DNA of 64,000 bases from Candidatus Pacearchaeota archaeon (GCA_041649755.1 JBAZMK010000002.1:26247-90246); one strand, 5' to 3'. Shown: positions 37,087 through 46,555, numbered from the stretch's first letter. A program made the numbers and translations. The notes: generated by a model not told the origin, from the sequence alone.

Positions 37087-37647
37087 ATGAATATGACAGA
37101 AATAAAAGACCGACCAGATTGGGATAGGCTCTTCATGTCAATGGCAATAGATATGGCTACTCGTTCTTCGTGCAGATATATAGACGCTGGAGCACTCGTA
37201 GTCAAAGACAAAAGAATTATTTCAGATGGATATAATGGAGCTCCGCCAGGAGACAGAGAAAATTGTCTTTACACCGGATGTAGAAAAGATGAATTGGGAA
37301 TTTCCCAAGAAACCAAAGGCAAAGGAAAATGCAGAGGAACTCACGCAGAAATGAACGCACTCCACTATGCCGGCAGAGATTCAATCGGCGCAACATTATA
37401 TACTGTAATCTTACCTTGTTCATCATGCGCAAAACACGCAGCAGCAGGACAAATCGCACGAATCGTCTACGCAATAGAATATAAAGAACAAAGAAACGGA
37501 ATGGACGAAACCGAGGGAGATGTAACTCGTGGAATATGCCGACGAGCCGGAATTGAATTAGAACATTTAGCAATGGAAGAAGAAATAAAAACACAAAACC
37601 AAAGAAGACAAAACGTAATAGAAAATAATTTCAGAACAAAAAAATAA
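37087..37647 (+). CDS. dCMP deaminase (cytidine/deoxycytidylate deaminase family)
   Basis: The zinc motifs 'HAEMNAL' and 'PCSSCAKHAAAGQI' are present. The start is set at the internal ATG 37087. Confidence 0.75.
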   Translation: MNMTEIKDRPDWDRLFMSMAIDMATRSSCRYIDAGALVVKDKRIISDGYNGAPPGDRENCLYTGCRKDELGISQETKGKGKCRGTHAEMNALHYAGRDSIGATLYTVILPCSSCAKHAAAGQIARIVYAIEYKEQRNGMDETEGDVTRGICRRAGIELEHLAMEEEIKTQNQRRQNVIENNFRTKK

Positions 37648-37667
37648 TAATATTTTCAAAATATATT

Positions 37668-38120
37668 TTAAACTATCTTCTCAAGACTGCTGTTTCCACC
37701 AGTACTTCCCCAGGCACCTTCTCCCCTCACCGTATCACTTAGTTCCGTTACCTCTTCAATTATTGCAGTAGCAACGGGCGCAATAACCACCTGAGCAACC
37801 TTATCTCCTACCCTTATCTCAAAATCTTCTTTGCCTGTATTTAAAACAACTACTCCATACTCTCCGCGATAAGTATACTCAATAACCCCCCCTAAAATAG
37901 CAATACCTTTCTTTGATGCAAGCCCACTCTTTCCCCTAATTGAAGCAAAATAACCTTTAGGGAACTCCATCGCAATACCTGTAGAAACCAACTGCCTCTC
38001 ACCTGACCTCACAACATAATCTTCAGTAGAATACAAATCCATCGCCGCATCACCTTCATGAGCGTAACTCGGTAAAATCGCGTTTTCCTTCAACCTTTTT
38101 ACCTTAACGGGAATTTCCAT
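37668..38120 (-). CDS. dut: dUTP diphosphatase (trimeric dUTPase)
   Basis: It is 150 aa with 'DAAMDLYS', 'VLNTGKEDFEIRVGDKVAQVVI' and a C-terminal glycine-rich 'GEGAWGSTGG' motif 5-like tail. Confidence 0.75.
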   Translation of the reverse strand: MEIPVKVKRLKENAILPSYAHEGDAAMDLYSTEDYVVRSGERQLVSTGIAMEFPKGYFASIRGKSGLASKKGIAILGGVIEYTYRGEYGVVVLNTGKEDFEIRVGDKVAQVVIAPVATAIIEEVTELSDTVRGEGAWGSTGGNSSLEKIV

Positions 38121-38190
38121 AATTAGAAAAATAAAAAAGGGTTTTTATAATTTTAGGTAAATTTAAAACTCTTTCTTGTTAAATTAATTT

Positions 38191-39909
38191 ATGAAACTGG
38201 CAATAATCCACAAAGAAAAATGCAGACCGACAGCCTGCGGAAAAGAATGTAAAAAATACTGTCCTGTAGAAAAAAAAGAAAGTGATAGCTGTATTACCAT
38301 TGAAAATAAAGCCAAAATTAACGAAAAAACCTGCATTGGTTGCGGAATCTGTCAGAAAAGATGTCCTTTCGGAGCAATAGAAATAATTAACCTGCCGTCA
38401 ATAAAAGAAGAAGATTTAATTTACAGATACGAAGAAAACGGCTTCGCCCTCTACGGACTACCAACTCCTAAAGAAGGAAGCGTTCTGGGACTGCTTGGCA
38501 GAAACGGAATAGGGAAGTCAACAGCAATAAAAATTCTATCGGGACAAGAAAAGATAAATTTCGGAAAAGAAACTGACAAAAAAGAAATTTTAGACTACTT
38601 TCAAGGAAGCGAATTAAGAAACTACTTCGCAGGACTGGAACAAAAAAAAATAAGTTACAAACCACAAAACCTCTCTAAACTCTCTCAAAATGTCAAGGTG
38701 GTTGACCTCCTCAAACAATTCGGAAAAGAGAATAAAATAAGAGAACTCGCAAAAGAACTAAACATTGAAAGAATTTTAGAAAACAAAATGAACACCCTTT
38801 CTGGCGGAGAACTTCAAAAAACAGCAATCTTAACTGCGTCATTAAAACCTGCCGACGCCTATTTCTTTGATGAACCACTAGCTTATTTGGATATAAATGA
38901 AAGAATAAGAGTCTCAGATTTTATAAAAAAGATTTCTGAAGGAAAAACACTAATCGTCGTAGAGCACGACCTTCTAATATTGGATTACCTTACTGACTCA
39001 ATAAATGTCTTTTTCGGCTCACCAGGAGCTTTTGGTCTCGTAAGCGGAGTAAAAACCTCAAAATACGGAATCAATTCTTACCTTCAGGGATTCTTAAAGG
39101 AAGAAAACCTAAGAATACGGGAAAAAGAACTTAACTTTAATTTTACAAAAAATCCCCAAACGAACGGACACAAAATAGCAACGTGGCCTTCATTTAATGT
39201 GCAATTTAAAGAGGGTTTCAGGCTAAATGTAAAAGAGGGTTCAATTTATCAAAACCAAGTAATAGGAATTTTAGGGAAAAACGGAACTGGAAAATCAACT
39301 TTCGTAAAAGCACTCATCGGAGAAACTCAAACAGACATCGGAAAAATAAAATTAGACCTCAAGATAAGCTACAAACCCCAGTACCTTTTTACTGAAAGCG
39401 AAGAAACAATTAGAGACATCTGCTTTAAAGAAAAGATAAACAAAAAAATCTCTAGCCTATTCAATTTAGGGGTCTTACAACAAAAAAAATTAAAAGAACT
39501 CTCTGGCGGAGAACTCCAGCGTTTCAGTATTGCACGTTGTCTGACAAAAGATGCGGACGTATATTTCTTAGACGAACCATCTGCCTATCTGGATGTTGAA
39601 GAAAGGGTATCGTCCGCAAAAGCAATAAAGGAAATAATAAATGAAAAACAAAAAACAGCATTTGTCGTAGACCATGACCTCCTTTTAATCTCTTACCTTG
39701 CAGATTCAATCATCAACTTTGAAGGAGAATCTGGAATAGAAGGAATTTCAAGCGAAGAAAAAAATTTTGAAGAAGGAATTTCCGACCTTTTAAAATCTCT
39801 TGACATCACACTAAGAAAAGATAAAGAAACAGGCAGACCAAGAATAAATAAAAAAAATTCTGTACTTGACAGAGAACAAAAAGAAAAAGAAAAATGGGCT
39901 GTATTTTAA
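38191..39909 (+). CDS. abcE1: ABCE1 / RNase L inhibitor-type ribosome recycling ATPase
   Basis: It has N-terminal 4Fe-4S cysteine clusters 'CRPTACGKECKKYCP' and 'CIGCGICQKRCP', plus two ABC domains with 'LSGGELQ' signatures. Confidence 0.9.
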   Translation: MKLAIIHKEKCRPTACGKECKKYCPVEKKESDSCITIENKAKINEKTCIGCGICQKRCPFGAIEIINLPSIKEEDLIYRYEENGFALYGLPTPKEGSVLGLLGRNGIGKSTAIKILSGQEKINFGKETDKKEILDYFQGSELRNYFAGLEQKKISYKPQNLSKLSQNVKVVDLLKQFGKENKIRELAKELNIERILENKMNTLSGGELQKTAILTASLKPADAYFFDEPLAYLDINERIRVSDFIKKISEGKTLIVVEHDLLILDYLTDSINVFFGSPGAFGLVSGVKTSKYGINSYLQGFLKEENLRIREKELNFNFTKNPQTNGHKIATWPSFNVQFKEGFRLNVKEGSIYQNQVIGILGKNGTGKSTFVKALIGETQTDIGKIKLDLKISYKPQYLFTESEETIRDICFKEKINKKISSLFNLGVLQQKKLKELSGGELQRFSIARCLTKDADVYFLDEPSAYLDVEERVSSAKAIKEIINEKQKTAFVVDHDLLLISYLADSIINFEGESGIEGISSEEKNFEEGISDLLKSLDITLRKDKETGRPRINKKNSVLDREQKEKEKWAVF

Positions 39910-39938
39910 AGAAAAAAATAAAAAAATTTGTTAAAAGT

Positions 39939-40400
39939 TTATTTGCTCCAAGCGGCTATTCCTATGAATACTAACCAAACAATATTCAATACAGGGATAA
40001 TTTGGAATATTGCCCACCAACCAGGTCTCTTCACAGCTTCAAAAGTTTTCCACATCCATATTACAAAGAAAACCGCAAAAGCTAAACCTAAAATTCCACC
40101 CAAAACTGGAATCCAAAAGCCGATTAGTAAAAGAATTGGCCACCAATGCATCTTCGCTGCCTTTGAAGCAATCAATGCAGGACCTACAATGGGAATCCAC
40201 GCAAGATTAGGACTTTTCTGCTTATTTCTTCGTGCAATAGCCACAAAAGCTAACGACATATAAATCCAAAGAGCCACACCAATTATGACTACAAAAACAA
40301 GCATACCCATCAAAAAAGCTATAAGACCCCCACCAACGGCACCTCCGACAAAAGCCGAAGAATCAAAAGGAATTGCTGCATCAGCTAATAATTTAATCAT
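39939..40400 (-). CDS. Hypothetical multi-pass membrane protein
   Basis: It is 153 aa with 4 hydrophobic segments and Trp-rich loops. No family was recognised. Confidence 0.4.
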   Translation of the reverse strand: MIKLLADAAIPFDSSAFVGGAVGGGLIAFLMGMLVFVVIIGVALWIYMSLAFVAIARRNKQKSPNLAWIPIVGPALIASKAAKMHWWPILLLIGFWIPVLGGILGLAFAVFFVIWMWKTFEAVKRPGWWAIFQIIPVLNIVWLVFIGIAAWSK

Positions 40401-40465
40401 TTAAATCACCTCCTTTCATTCTAAAAATCATTAAAAATAAAGGAATAGGGGATTTATAAAACTTA

Positions 40466-41050
40466 TTAACCTCGTCGGCTAACCCAATCATTACCTTTTA
40501 TATAAAACCTGTAAAGCAAATCTGTTCCTTGAGAAATTCCAACTCTGTTTGTCTTAATAATTTCAAAATTTTCATTTTTTCCTTGCATCAATTTAAGAGA
40601 AGAATTTTTATCTGTCAAATCTACTCCATTAAAACCCTTATCAATTCCAAAAGCAATTGCAAATTTTGAAGGACCATTACAAAGGTTCTTTATTTCAGTA
40701 ATCCCCCTATTTCCTTTCATTATCTCCATACCTTCAACAGGCTCAACAGCACGAATTAAAACTGCCTCACCGATTCCTTTTTTATTTGTAACAACATTAA
40801 AACAATGATACATCCCGTAAGTAAAATAAACATACGCAACACCTCCTTCCTCAAACATAGGCAAATTCCGAGGAGTCTTACCTTTACTTGCATGACACGC
40901 AGGGTCGTCCTTCAAATAGGCTTCTGTTTCAACAATTTTACCAACGATTCTTCCTTCCCCAGTTTCTCTAACTATAAACTTACCAAGAAGTTCCTGAGCC
41001 ACATTTAAAGTTTCTTTTTCAAAGAAAGACTTCTCTAAAAGTTTCATCAA
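40466..41050 (-). CDS. mpg: DNA-3-methyladenine glycosylase (MPG/AAG family)
   Basis: 'NVAQELLGKFIVRE', 'GKIVETEAYLKDDPACHASKGKTPRN' and 'YVYFTYGMYHCFNVV' match the AAG fold signature. Confidence 0.8.
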   Translation of the reverse strand: MMKLLEKSFFEKETLNVAQELLGKFIVRETGEGRIVGKIVETEAYLKDDPACHASKGKTPRNLPMFEEGGVAYVYFTYGMYHCFNVVTNKKGIGEAVLIRAVEPVEGMEIMKGNRGITEIKNLCNGPSKFAIAFGIDKGFNGVDLTDKNSSLKLMQGKNENFEIIKTNRVGISQGTDLLYRFYIKGNDWVSRRG

Positions 41051-41124
41051 ATCAAAGGAAAAATAAAATTAATAAACTTTTACAAAAAAACAAAGGGTCC
41101 AACGAGTGGACCACCCCAAATAAT

Positions 41125-41325
41125 TTAATTCTTGAAAGCGAAATATATCATCCATAGTGCTGCAATACCCACTAAGGTATAAACAATTGTTGCAAGAATA
41201 GGAATGCTTCCCAACAAAGCACTAACAAGGTCCAAACTGAAAAGACCATACAATCCCCAATTAAGACCGCCAATTATCACTAGGACAAGAGCAATCCAGT
41301 CAATTACATTCTTTTCCATTTTCAC
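41125..41325 (-). CDS. DUF378-family small membrane protein
   Basis: It is 66 aa and 'IALVLVIIGGLNWGLYGLF' matches the DUF378 consensus. Confidence 0.55.
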   Translation of the reverse strand: MKMEKNVIDWIALVLVIIGGLNWGLYGLFSLDLVSALLGSIPILATIVYTLVGIAALWMIYFAFKN

Positions 41326-41408
41326 CTCCTTTTATTTAATTTTCAAGGCAAAACTACTATATAAATTTATTGAGATAGTTTTATTAATTCTTTTTCTATC
41401 TATCTTTT

Positions 41409-43076
41409 ATGAAAGAAATTATTGCAAAGGAAATTTCAAAGGAGGTGAAAATAAATGAAAAAGAAATTCTGAATTTTATTGAAATCCCCCCTAACGAAGA
41501 AATGGGAGACTTCGCATTTCCTTGTTTCGGTCTAGCAAAATCACTCAAAAGGAATCCTCTTGAAATTGCAAAAGAACTAACTGAAAAACTAAGAAAAGAA
41601 ATCCCTAAAGAAATTTCCAACATTGAACAAAAAGGAGCATACATTAATTTCTTCATAGATAAAAAAATTTTAGTAAAAGAAATCTTCAAAAAAGCTTCCA
41701 GCAATAATTTCGGGGCAAATAAAGAAGGAAAAGGAAAAACGATAGCAATAGATATGTCTGCCCCAAACATAGCCAAGCCATTCGGAATAGGACATCTCCG
41801 TTCAACAATTATAGGAAACTCAATTTCAAAAATAGCTAAAATGAACGGATACAAAACAATCAAAATAAACTATTTAGGTGATTGGGGAACTCAGTTTGGG
41901 AAATTAATACTTGGTTACAAAAAATGGGGAGATGAAAAAAAATTAAAAGAAAATCCAATTTCACATCTCAACGAATTATATGTAAAAATAAATTCTGACG
42001 AAACATTAGAACAACCCGCAAGAGATGAATTCAAAAAACTTGAAGAAGGAGACAAAGAAAACTTAGAACTATGGAAAAAATTCAGAAAATTGTCCATTGA
42101 AGAGTTTGAGAAGATTTACAAAACTCTTGGAGTAAAATTTGATGTAATCTCAGGAGAGAGTTTCTATAATGACAAAATGGAAAAAATTATTGATAAACTA
42201 AAAGATAAAAAATTAATTCAAAAAGACGACGGTGCCGAAATAGTTAATTTGAAAGAAGAAGGATTAGGTGTAGCCCTGATAAAAAAAAGTGACGGAACAA
42301 GCCTTTATGTAACAAGAGACTTAGCCGCCGCAATAGACAGAAAAGAGAAATACAATTTTTCAAAATTAATCTATGAAGTCGGACAGGAACAAAAACTTCA
42401 TTTCAAACAGCTATTTAAAATATTAGAAAAAATGGGCTATGGCTGGGCAAAAGGCTGTATTCACGTTTCACACGGACTCTACCTTGACAAAGACGGAAAA
42501 AAATTCGCAACAAGAAAGGGAAAAACAATATTCATGAAAGATATTTTAGAAGAAGTAACAACCAAAGCAAAAGAAAATTTAAAGGAAAAGACTAATCTTT
42601 CTGAGAAAGAAATAGAAAAAAGAGCAGTCAAAGTAGCCTTATCAGCAATTTTTTACGGCGACCTAAAAAACTCCCCAAATAATAACATAATTTTCGACGC
42701 CGACAAATTTCTAAACTTCGAAGGAGACACGGGACCATATCTTCTTTACTCATACGCTCGGGCAAACTCAATACACAAAAAAGTAAAAAACGATAAACCC
42801 TTCAAAATTCTTGACATAAATAATTATGAAATAAAATTAATGAAAAAAATAAACGACTTCCCTGAAATTGTCAAAAAATCTTTCTCTCAACTTGCACCAA
42901 ATTTAATAGCCAATTACTCTTTTGAACTCGCCCAAATATTTAACGAATTTTATCACTCCTGCCCTGTAATCGGAAGCGTTGAAGAAGGTTTCAGACTAAA
43001 ACTCACTGAAACATTCAGAATAACTCTTAAAAAAAGCCTCGAATTACTAGGAATTGAAACTTTAGAAGAAATGTAG
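41409..43076 (+). CDS. argS: Arginyl-tRNA synthetase
   Basis: It has the class I 'HIGH'-region 'DMSAPNIAKPFGIGHLRSTIIGN', a C-terminal DALR-type anticodon-binding region and the N-terminal add-1 domain. It is 555 aa. Confidence 0.85.
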   Translation: MKEIIAKEISKEVKINEKEILNFIEIPPNEEMGDFAFPCFGLAKSLKRNPLEIAKELTEKLRKEIPKEISNIEQKGAYINFFIDKKILVKEIFKKASSNNFGANKEGKGKTIAIDMSAPNIAKPFGIGHLRSTIIGNSISKIAKMNGYKTIKINYLGDWGTQFGKLILGYKKWGDEKKLKENPISHLNELYVKINSDETLEQPARDEFKKLEEGDKENLELWKKFRKLSIEEFEKIYKTLGVKFDVISGESFYNDKMEKIIDKLKDKKLIQKDDGAEIVNLKEEGLGVALIKKSDGTSLYVTRDLAAAIDRKEKYNFSKLIYEVGQEQKLHFKQLFKILEKMGYGWAKGCIHVSHGLYLDKDGKKFATRKGKTIFMKDILEEVTTKAKENLKEKTNLSEKEIEKRAVKVALSAIFYGDLKNSPNNNIIFDADKFLNFEGDTGPYLLYSYARANSIHKKVKNDKPFKILDINNYEIKLMKKINDFPEIVKKSFSQLAPNLIANYSFELAQIFNEFYHSCPVIGSVEEGFRLKLTETFRITLKKSLELLGIETLEEM

Positions 43077-43211
43077 GGCTTGTAGTATAACTGCATTATG
43101 CACGGCTGACAGTCGTGAGATGCGGGTTCAACGAACAATTAGGTCTTGCGAATTTTTAACAGATTGAAACTATCCTGAGCAAGACATGATTGTGAGCACC
43201 GGCAAGTCCAT
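43077..43211 (+). ncRNA. Candidate structured ncRNA (unassigned)
   Basis: It is a 135-nt GC-enriched island (about 45% GC against a roughly 30% background). A 7-bp terminal helix GGGCTTG/CAAGTCC encloses an inner 7-bp helix GTCTTGC/GCAAGAC. No ORF is present. Confidence 0.3.
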
Positions 43212-43244
43212 AATTAAAGAAAAATTTACAAAATTTTAAATTCA

Positions 43245-43808
43245 TTAATTTTTTATTCCAAGAACATACAAAGTTTTTTTAAAAGTTTCTTCAGTAACCT
43301 TGGGAAATTTTTTATTAATAATTTGATATATCCCACAAAAATTCCATAACTCGTCAAAATTTCCTTCACTATTTTGAAATTTTTCTTTAAAGTGAATATT
43401 CCAATTAACCTGATTAAAATCTACACACAAACAATAGGGGCTAACATTAAATGTTAAAATCAAAGTTGCATCTTTCCAAAAATCAAGATAATCTTTCATA
43501 TGACCCCACTTGAAAGCTACATTGCTCTTTTTCATATCAAAATATTCTTTATAATTCCTATTCTTAACTTCAATAATCCAAGTTTCCTTAGACTCCTTAT
43601 CCATCACAACAAAATCTGGCATTGAAAGTAACCTTCTATTTGTTTCAGGTTTATAATTTGTCTTAATCTGTTTAATAATTTCTTGTTTATGATTTTCAAT
43701 ACCAAAATCCATTATTTCATATCCAGATAAATCAAAAAGGGTTCTAACAAAATTCTGCGAAGATCTTTCCTTTGCCTTAGATTCTGCCCAACCAGACTCA
43801 TTTTCCAT
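43245..43808 (-). CDS. Hypothetical protein with PD-(D/E)xK nuclease-like motif
   Basis: 'SMPDFVVMDKESKETWIIEVK' fits the PD...(D/E)xK core. It is 187 aa. Confidence 0.4.
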   Translation of the reverse strand: MENESGWAESKAKERSSQNFVRTLFDLSGYEIMDFGIENHKQEIIKQIKTNYKPETNRRLLSMPDFVVMDKESKETWIIEVKNRNYKEYFDMKKSNVAFKWGHMKDYLDFWKDATLILTFNVSPYCLCVDFNQVNWNIHFKEKFQNSEGNFDELWNFCGIYQIINKKFPKVTEETFKKTLYVLGIKN

Positions 43809-43870
43809 AATCTTCTTTAATTAAAATCTTAATAAATGTTTTTAATCTTTCAAAAAATCCCCTTTTAAAT

Positions 43871-44674
43871 CTAAACTTTCTTCATATTTTTCCAAGCCAT
43901 CTCAAACAATTGCTCAAGAGCCTGTGCAAAAAACTCAGTGTTTATCCAAATACCCACATCATAAGAAGGATGAACCTCTTCATCACTTAAAAGCATAAAC
44001 ATTAATTGCTCAGAGTCAACCACCATAAACCGAGCTTTAAGTCCTTCAAGATTTCTCACTTCAGCAACTTTTGAAAAGTCCTTAGCAACTTTCTTATTGC
44101 TCTCGTTTATTGGCGCAGCAATTCTTATTGTAACTCCTCTTTTCTTAGCTTTTTCTAAACTAGGTAAAATTACTTCTAACTTCCTACTTAACCCATCAGC
44201 AGTTGTCACAAGAGTAATTGACTTCTCAGCATCACGAACAAGCATATCAAGATGATTATAAATATTCGGTCTTCCTTTCAAGGCACCAGACAAGTCAGTA
44301 GGTTCTACATACTTAATCCCATCTTTAAAAAGAATATTAAGCTCATCCAGAACATCATTACCTTTTAACTTCTCAAGAGTCTCTGATTTTTCCCTCGCAG
44401 TTACAACCAAATTCTTTTTTACTCTCTCAATTACTTCCTCTGGCTTCAAAGCGACAAACTTTATCGGCTTACCTAACTTCATAATAATAAATCCCTTCTT
44501 TTCAAGAGACTCCAAAATATCATAAGTTCGTGAACGCGGAACATCAGAAATTGAAGAAAGCTCACCTGCCGTGGAAGTTCCCCTCGACAAAAGTGCTGTC
44601 CACACCTTAACCTCATACAAATTAAGGTCAAAAATCTTTCTTAACCTACCCAAAAATTCCTCTTTGACAATCAT
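43871..44674 (-). CDS. TrmB-family transcriptional regulator
   Basis: It has the N-terminal wHTH 'LYEVKVWTALLSRGTSTAGELSSISDVPRSRTYDILESLEKKGFI' and a C-terminal sensor-like domain. Confidence 0.7.
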   Translation of the reverse strand: MIVKEEFLGRLRKIFDLNLYEVKVWTALLSRGTSTAGELSSISDVPRSRTYDILESLEKKGFIIMKLGKPIKFVALKPEEVIERVKKNLVVTAREKSETLEKLKGNDVLDELNILFKDGIKYVEPTDLSGALKGRPNIYNHLDMLVRDAEKSITLVTTADGLSRKLEVILPSLEKAKKRGVTIRIAAPINESNKKVAKDFSKVAEVRNLEGLKARFMVVDSEQLMFMLLSDEEVHPSYDVGIWINTEFFAQALEQLFEMAWKNMKKV

Positions 44675-44734
44675 ATTTCTTACAAGACTAAAGAGTATTT
44701 AAATGTTTTCTTGACAAAACCCCATTAATAAAGA

Positions 44735-45367
44735 TTATTTCTTCAAAACAAGATAAGTAGTTCTATTTTTAGGAACCTCAGGCCAATCGGTCACTATCTC
44801 TCCCTTAAAACCTTTTTTGCAAAAAATATCCGCAACTTCATTCAATTCTCCTTCGCTTCTAGGATAAAACTGAATTACGCAGACACCCTCTTTTTTCAAA
44901 ACAAAATGAATCCCTAAAGCAACCTTCTCTATCCCTTCTTTATCTTTAATCCACTGAAGAGCAGAAACAGAAACCACCCCATCAAACTTCCTTTTAGGAA
45001 AAAATTTCTTAATCTCCTTCATATCACCTAAATAAGATTCAAAACCCTCCTCCTTAGCTTTCTCAACCATTTTAGGAATCAAATCTAAACAAGCCACCTT
45101 ATAACCTTCTAAAGTATAAATTTTTGCAGTATATCCTGGACCAGAGCCCAAATCAAGAAGAGAACTTCCTTTTTTCAAACCCAACAACTCCAAAACACGA
45201 TAAGCTATTCTCTCTTGAGCCCTTCTCATACCCCCCGAACGAGAATACCTTTCAACTTCATCATCTGTATAATAATCTACCGGACTTTGTAAATACTCTT
45301 CGGGGCGATCCTTTTTCACAGCCCATCCTTTAAAATTCTTTGTTTTCATTTTAACATTTATTTCCAC
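44735..45367 (-). CDS. Class I SAM-dependent methyltransferase, Bud23/WBSCR22-like
   Basis: It has 'YYTDDEVERYSRSGGMRRAQERIAYRVLELLGL' followed by the SAM motif I 'LLDLGSGPGYTA'. Confidence 0.5.
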   Translation of the reverse strand: MEINVKMKTKNFKGWAVKKDRPEEYLQSPVDYYTDDEVERYSRSGGMRRAQERIAYRVLELLGLKKGSSLLDLGSGPGYTAKIYTLEGYKVACLDLIPKMVEKAKEEGFESYLGDMKEIKKFFPKRKFDGVVSVSALQWIKDKEGIEKVALGIHFVLKKEGVCVIQFYPRSEGELNEVADIFCKKGFKGEIVTDWPEVPKNRTTYLVLKK

Positions 45368-45551
45368 ACTCGGGACAAAACTTTTCCCCGCCTTCCAAAA
45401 CCCAATTGCACTTCTGACACCTTTTTACCTCTTTCTTTTTCTCAATAATCGCCTCATAACCTTCCCTGCCAGAAAGAATCTTTCCCAAAATACTTGCAAC
45501 CTCTTTTTGCCCCTCGCCTTCCTGATACTTAGTCAAATCAAACCCATCCAT
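45351..45551 (-). CDS. Small zinc-ribbon protein (possible Trm112-like methyltransferase partner)
   Basis: It is 66 aa with C-terminal 'CQKCNWVLEGGEKFCPECGNKC'. It overlaps the downstream methyltransferase by 17 nt. Confidence 0.35.
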   Translation of the reverse strand: MDGFDLTKYQEGEGQKEVASILGKILSGREGYEAIIEKKKEVKRCQKCNWVLEGGEKFCPECGNKC

Positions 45552-45572
45552 AATTGGAAATAATTAAAAGGT

Positions 45573-45580
45573 TTTATAAA
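45573..45580 (+). promoter_or_regulatory. TATA box upstream of tRNA-Thr
   Basis: TTTTATAAA lies 23-30 nt upstream of the tRNA 5' end. Confidence 0.4.
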
Positions 45581-45602
45581 ATTATCTTCCATGAGATTAC
45601 AT

Positions 45603-45675
45603 GCCTGTGTAACTCAGTTGGTAGAGTATCTGATTCGTAATCAGAAAGTCGTCGGTTCAATCCCGGCCACAGGCT
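45603..45675 (+). tRNA. tRNA-Thr (anticodon CGT)
   Basis: The sequence is GCCTGTGTAACTCAGTTGGTAGAGTATCTGATTCGTAATCAGAAAGTCGTCGGTTCAATCCCGGCCACAGGCT, with anticodon loop TTCGTAA. Confidence 0.85.
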
Positions 45676-45689
45676 TTCCCAAACTTAAA

Positions 45690-46502
45690 ATGAACATTGA
45701 AAAAAAAATCAAAGAGAGTTTAAAAAAATACAATTTATTAAACAAAAATGAAAAAATAGTCGTAGCCTTATCAGGAGGGAAAGACTCAACTTCAGTTATT
45801 TACATATTAAAAAAAGAAGGATACCAAGTTTCAGGACTTCTCATTGACTTAAATTTAGGGGAATGGTCAAAAACCCATAACGAAAAAATGAAAAAGTTTT
45901 GCTCCGAAAACGAAATCCCATTAACAATCGTAGACCTAAAAAAAGAACTAGGACAAGGAATTTGTTTTATTAAAGCCGTCTTAAAAAAACAAAAAAATCT
46001 CTCTGGGTGCACTGTCTGCGGAATTGTAAAAAGATGGATTTTAAATAGATGGGCAAAAAAGCTAAAAGCTGACAAACTTGTAACAGGACACAACCTCGAC
46101 GATGAAGCCCAAAATGTCTTAATGAATTTCCTTAAAGGGAATGTTTACTTAGGAATAAACTCGGGACCTGCAACAGGAGGAAAAGCGATTAAAGGCTTCG
46201 TCCAAAGAGTCAAACCACTCTTCTTCGTCCCAGAATCAGAAATACTAAAATACGCCAAAGATAAAAAATTTGACATACTCTACGACAAATGCCCTTGCGC
46301 GTTTAGAACGTACCGTGTAGAAACAAGGAATTGGATGAAGAGTATAGAGAATAAAGAAAAACTAAAGATAGTCAAGGGATTCCAAAAAATAGTTCCAAGC
46401 CTAAGAAAATCCAGCAAATCAGAAATTAAAATATGTAGAAAATGTGGTGAACCTTCCCGTTCAGAAATTTGCAACGCCTGTAAAATATTTGAATGCTTAT
46501 AA
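45690..46502 (+). CDS. PP-loop ATPase, tRNA thiolation family (TtcA/TtuA/NcsA-like)
   Basis: It has 'VVALSGGKDSTSV', 'LVTGHNLDDEAQN' and a C-terminal Cys cluster 'CRKCGE...CNAC'. The longer listed ORF would run through tRNA-Thr, so the start is set at ATG 45690. Confidence 0.65.
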   Translation: MNIEKKIKESLKKYNLLNKNEKIVVALSGGKDSTSVIYILKKEGYQVSGLLIDLNLGEWSKTHNEKMKKFCSENEIPLTIVDLKKELGQGICFIKAVLKKQKNLSGCTVCGIVKRWILNRWAKKLKADKLVTGHNLDDEAQNVLMNFLKGNVYLGINSGPATGGKAIKGFVQRVKPLFFVPESEILKYAKDKKFDILYDKCPCAFRTYRVETRNWMKSIENKEKLKIVKGFQKIVPSLRKSSKSEIKICRKCGEPSRSEICNACKIFECL

Positions 46503-46555
46503 AATATACTTTGAAATATAATTATATTTATTAAGAGAATTTATAGGTTAAACTC

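Noticed and set aside
43077-43211. Attempt to read the GC-rich island as an intron-containing tRNA (tentative anticodon GAC from stem CACGG/TCGTG)
   Set aside because: The D-arm and anticodon-arm placements are mutually incompatible, and there is no T-arm adjacent to the 3' acceptor strand. It is kept only as an unassigned structured-RNA candidate.
45591-45689. N-terminal extension of the PP-loop ATPase ORF (MRLHACVTQLVEYLIRNQKVVGSIPATGFPKLK)
   Set aside because: This stretch is the translation of tRNA-Thr itself. The real start is the ATG at 45690.
46514-46529. Perfect 16-bp palindrome AAATATAATTATATTT upstream of the thyX-like gene
   Set aside because: It is AT-only in an AT-rich genome and positioned where the TATA box for the gene is expected. 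It lacks the CAC/GTG arms of an NrdR box. It is probably the promoter TATA or chance.
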